Assembly: GCA_035193785.1 (NCBI GenBank)
Contig: CP136572.1
Coordinates: forward strand, 4,180,578-4,244,577
Reading direction: 5' to 3'
DNA from: Planktothrix sp. GU0601_MAG3
Lineage (GTDB): Bacteria > Cyanobacteriota > Cyanobacteriia > Cyanobacteriales > Microcoleaceae
DNA: 64,000 bases
Position 1 is the first letter of the stretch. Each line of letters begins with the position of its first letter. Shown piece after piece: positions 60,099 to 64,000 of this stretch. The translations under genes and the position numbers were made by a program. The notes beneath the pieces are model-generated. The model saw only the letters and a program-made list of their open reading frames with translations. It was not told the DNA's origin and ran no database searches.

Positions 60099-61125
60099 AT
60101 GACCTTCCTTTCCCCCGAATTAAAACAACGTTTATCCACACCCCTAAAAATTGGCACCGTAGAAGTTAACAGTCGTGTCCTCCAATCCCCCCTATCTGGT
60201 GTCACGGATTTGGTTTTTCGGCGCTTAGTGCGTCGCTACGCCCCCGACTCCATGATGTACACCGAAATGGTTCACGCCAGCGAAGTTTGTCATGTGCGGG
60301 GACTGCCGAAAATTATGGAAGTTGACCCCAACGAACGGCCAATTAGTATTCAATTATTCGATTGTCGCCCCGATTTTTTAGCCGAAGCTGCCCAAAAAGC
60401 CGTCCAGGAAGGGGCCGATACTATTGATATTAATATGGGTTGTCCTGTTAATAAAATTACTAAAAACGGCGGCGGGTCTTCGTTATTGCGACAACCGGAA
60501 ATGGCGGAAACTATTATGCGGTCAGTGGTGGCGGCCGTGGATGTGCCTGTCACCGTAAAAACCCGGATTGGTTGGAGTGATGAAGAAATCACGATTTTAG
60601 ATTTTGCCCGTAGAATGCAGGATGCGGGGGCAAAAATGATTACTATTCACGCCCGCACCCGCGCCCAGGGTTATAACGGTCAGGCCAAATGGGACTGGAT
60701 TCGACAGGTTAAGGAAACAGTTAGGGATTCCAGTTATTGCCAATGGCGATATTTTTTCTGTGGAAACGGCGATTCAATGTTTACAGGAAACCGGGGCTGA
60801 TGGGGTGATGTGTTCCCGGGGAACTCTGGGTTATCCGTTTTTAGTGGGAGAAATTGACTATTTTTTGAAGACGGGAGAATTTAAAACAATTCCCTCCGTA
60901 ATTGAACGGTTGCAATGTGCGAAAGAACACCTACAAGCCCTCTGGGAATATAAGGGTGAACGGGGAATTTATCAATCTCGAAAACATTTAACCTGGTATG
61001 CTAAAGGGTTTCCCGGGGCGCACGAATTACGGGATCATTTGGCCAGAATTGAAACCGTTGCTCAAGGATGGAAATTATTAGATGATGCAATAAATCAGTT
61101 ATCCCAGAACAGTTTTGTGGCTTAG
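60099..61125 (+). CDS. dusB: tRNA-dihydrouridine synthase B (frameshift near 60720)
   Basis: SPLSGVTD, DINMGCP, HARTRAQ, ANGDI and GVMCSRG. Confidence 0.92.
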
Positions 61126-61180
61126 AAAACTTTAGAATCAGAATAGCGTTGATCCCTTTCAATCTTTGAATTGGGTTTGA

Positions 61181-61220
61181 GATCTCCCTAAATCCCCCTT
61201 TTTCATGGGTTAGGGGGGAT
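61181..61220. repeat. Degenerate or collapsed GATC-tagged palindrome doublet
   Basis: gatctccctaaatcccccttt...gggttaggggggat. Confidence 0.6.
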
Positions 61221-61267
61221 AAATCGGCGGTGAAATTAACATAATTGTTAGCAATTTAGGACGAATC

Positions 61268-62191
61268 ATGGAAACATTAAAAGGACGGGATTTTTTGAGT
61301 TTGGCGGATGTTAGTATTGAGGAACTTCATTTTCTATTAGATTTAGCGACCAAATTAAAATCAGGAATGGTCAAATTGCGTCGCAATAAAGTCTTGGGAT
61401 TAATATTTTCTAAAGCTTCAACTCGAACCCGGGTTAGTTTTACCGTTGCCATGTATCAATTGGGGGGTCAAGTGATTGATTTAAACCCGAATGTTACCCA
61501 AGTAAGTCGGGGAGAACCATTAATAGATACGGCTAGGGTATTAGATCGATATTTGGATATTACGGCTATTCGTACCTTTGAACAAAAGGATTTAGAAACC
61601 TTTGCTAATTATGCGGAAATTCCGGTAATTAACGCGCTAACAGATTGGGAGCATCCCTGTCAAGTTTTAGCGGATTTAATGACAGTTCAAGAATGTTTTG
61701 GAACCTTAGAGGGTTTAACTTTAAGTTATTTTGGGGATGGGGCAAATAATATGGCGCATTCCTTATTATTAGGCTGCGCCATGGTGGGAATGAACGTTAG
61801 AATTGCTACCCCAGCTAACTATTTACCCAATGCAGATATTGTTGAACAAGCCAAAGATATTGCTAAGGGAAAAACCGAGGTAATTGTTACCGAAGATCCT
61901 ATTCAAGCGGCAAAAGATGCAAATGTTGTTTATACAGATGTTTGGGCAAGTATGGGACAGGAAGAAGAAGCCAGAGCTAGAATTCCTCTGTTTCAACCCT
62001 ATCAAGTCAATAGTAAATTAATGGAAAAAACCGCCGATAATTCGATTGTTTTACATTGTTTACCCGCCCACCGAGATGAGGAAATTACCGATGAAGTTAT
62101 CGAAGGATTTCGTTCAAAAGTTTGGGATGAAGCGGAAAACAGAATGCACGTTCAGAAGGCATTATTAGCCGCATTATTAGGAGATGATTAA
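61268..62191 (+). CDS. argF: Ornithine carbamoyltransferase
   Basis: STRTRVSF, HPCQ, DVWASMGQE, HCLPAHR and AENRMH. Confidence 0.96.
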   Translation: METLKGRDFLSLADVSIEELHFLLDLATKLKSGMVKLRRNKVLGLIFSKASTRTRVSFTVAMYQLGGQVIDLNPNVTQVSRGEPLIDTARVLDRYLDITAIRTFEQKDLETFANYAEIPVINALTDWEHPCQVLADLMTVQECFGTLEGLTLSYFGDGANNMAHSLLLGCAMVGMNVRIATPANYLPNADIVEQAKDIAKGKTEVIVTEDPIQAAKDANVVYTDVWASMGQEEEARARIPLFQPYQVNSKLMEKTADNSIVLHCLPAHRDEEITDEVIEGFRSKVWDEAENRMHVQKALLAALLGDD

Positions 62192-62214
62192 CTGAAAAAA
62201 AAGCTGGCGATCGC

Positions 62215-62620
62215 TTACCTCTTAAAGCCCCCCTTATCAAGGGGGTTTGGGGGGATCAACCCCAATAAATGATAACAAACCCCCTCAAAATTCTGCAACA
62301 CCTCAACATTTGTGAACCGGATTACTCTTAACCCATATCCTTCTAAAATGGCCGTTCTTTCTGCATCATATAGTTTCCCTTGTTCCGTAAAATGACTCTC
62401 CCCATCTATCTCAATCACCAATTTCAAAGCAGCACAATAAAAATCGACAATAAAATTATCAATGGGTCTTTGTCTCAACACCCGAAACGGAAAATTTCTC
62501 AAAAAATCTTGCCAAAGTTTACGTTTCCGCAGGGGTGGTATTTTGTCGCAGTTGTTGAGCAATGGGTGTCAGTTTAGAATTATAAGGAAGATGGAAGTTA
62601 GAGTTATTGAATCTGGGCAT
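62215..62620 (-). CDS. DUF559 / Vsr-like (PD-(D/E)XK) endonuclease (frameshift at about 62525)
   Basis: MPRFNNSNFHLPYNSKLTPIAQQLRQNTTPAE joins RKLW...RQRPIDNFIVDFYC..LVIEIDGESH...YDAERT..LEGYGLRVIRFTN after removing one base. Confidence 0.88.
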
Positions 62621-62882
62621 GATCCCCCCTAGCCCCCTTGAGAAGGGGGGGACAAGATGTTAGTTAGTAGGAATTATAGGTTAAGTTGAGGGGGGAATAA
62701 GATGTTGATGGTAATTTGTGTTAAAGAGAGCGATCGCTTACCTCTTTCTTAAAGCCCCCCTTCTCAAGGGGGGTTGGGGGGATCTCCACTTATATTACCC
62801 AAAGAAGATCCCCCCTAGCCCCCCTTCCCAAGGGGGGGACAAGAAGAAGATCCCCCCTAGCCCCCCTTCCCAAGGCAGGGGG
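62227..62882. repeat. Five GATC-tagged palindromes around and upstream of the DUF559 gene
   Basis: Copies at 62227-62257, 62621-62651, 62754-62784, 62807-62838 and 62849-62882 (last one degenerate); approximate consensus GATCCCCCC-N2-3-CCCCCTT-N3-AAGGGGG. Confidence 0.9.
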
Positions 62883-63111
62883 TTTTCATTTTCAAAAATG
62901 CGATCGCTATATTCAAAAAAAATCATCAAATTTTCCGGCAAAATTCTCTCTAATTTTTATTAGATAATTTGGAAATATTAAAAATAAACGATTTTAATAT
63001 TTGTTAACAGCAAAAGATAGCCATTGTCTTGATTAATAAGACTTTATGGCTATTTATTATTAAATATTTTTAATGTTTTTTGTGAAGAATAGTTTTAAAA
63101 ACTTAATTAAT

Positions 63112-64000
63112 TCAGGCGATCGCTAAAATTTTCTCCCAATTATTTCCTAACCATGACTGTCCCTCTTTTATTGAGACAAATCCCAAACTTCTGTATATAT
63201 TCAAAATTAATGTTACTAATAACGAGAATTTCCCCGCTACGTCTATCCCTTTTATTCTTGATTTATCTTCATTAAAATTTACATCTTTGACCCAATGTAC
63301 TTGATTTTCAATTAACCAATGTGCTTTAATTTTTTCTGCAAATGTTTTCGCACTTAATTTCTGACTACTAATATAATATAAAGTCTCATTATATTCTTGA
63401 TCACCCCGAAAACCTGTTCTTTCTACCTGAATAAAACTTTGAAGATGAGGATAATTTTTATGGTTCACATTTTGGCTATCAAATACTGATACTTTTCTGC
63501 TAATATTTCGTACATGACTGAAATCTTTTTCTTCATATACTGTTAAAGGTTTCTCGACTTTTACTAATTTTTTGATCTGCTTGTGCAATTTCATTTGATT
63601 GCCTTTCACCGTAATTAAATAATCATTTTTGCTTTCAATTATTGCCTGAGTTGTTTCCTTACTACAATGGAGAGCATCGAGAGTAAATACTTTATTTAAT
63701 AACCCACATTCCTCTATCATAGAGAGAACTTTGGCGTTTTCAGAACTCTGTTTACTTTCAAAACTTTCCGATTTAATTACCAACTTTGTTTCTTGACTAA
63801 ACCAAGATACCATTATTAACATATTTTGTTTTTGATTTTCATAGTTAGTCAGGGTATTTTTTAAAGATTTTCCATCGATCGCAATCCAATCAACGCCTTC
63901 TTTTTGCCAGTAATATTTCTGGACTGTTGACTGAAACATTAACTGAATTTCTATTAGATTTATCCCAATCATTACTCGTCTAATTGTACTATAAGATGGC
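63112..64000 (-). mobile_element. ISAs1 family transposase, 5'-truncated by window end
   Basis: PSYSTIRRV, IAIDGKSL, FTLDALH, VKGNQ and HWLIENQVHWVKDVNFNED. Confidence 0.9.

Noticed and set aside
62754..62882. Possible mini CRISPR array
   Set aside because: Repeat orientations are mixed, spacers are only about 10-22 bp and uneven, and no cas genes are present.
62718..62963. 81-aa ORF (PLLKGGWG, IPPSPPSQGG)
   Set aside because: It is a translation of the palindromic repeats.

Overview
Cyanobacterial chromosome segment. Dense HIP1 GCGATCGC sites, heptamer STRR arrays and pds-crtB, hypD, tab2 and arsS point to a filamentous, Planktothrix-like Oscillatoriales organism, but that assignment is inferred. 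Most genes are housekeeping or signalling: hisC, msrP, pds/crtB, rodA, hypD, purA, murI, sds, Mn ABC, CHAT-DUF928-CHASE2 cyclase, rsmA, ispE, aroQ, cinA, arsS, dusB and argF. About 30 genes, including essential ones, are split by small indels, mostly +1 in homopolymer runs. These look like sequencing or assembly errors, so I merged the halves. Mobile DNA includes a tnpB-only IS200/IS605 element, a truncated ISAs1, and several small repeat families (GTAG-REPs, TATAGC-ended MITE-like elements carrying STRRs, and GGACTTACGCA-ended elements). The most notable observation is at 62207-62907. A DUF559 (Vsr-like) endonuclease gene is precisely bracketed by inverted GATC-tagged CCCCCTT-N3-AAGGGGG palindromes. 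It is followed by a gene-less copy of the same two ends, HIP1 sites delimit the units, and the same palindrome occurs elsewhere in the window. This resembles a REP/RAYT-like system built on a different nuclease. That interpretation is an inference and needs comparative genomics.
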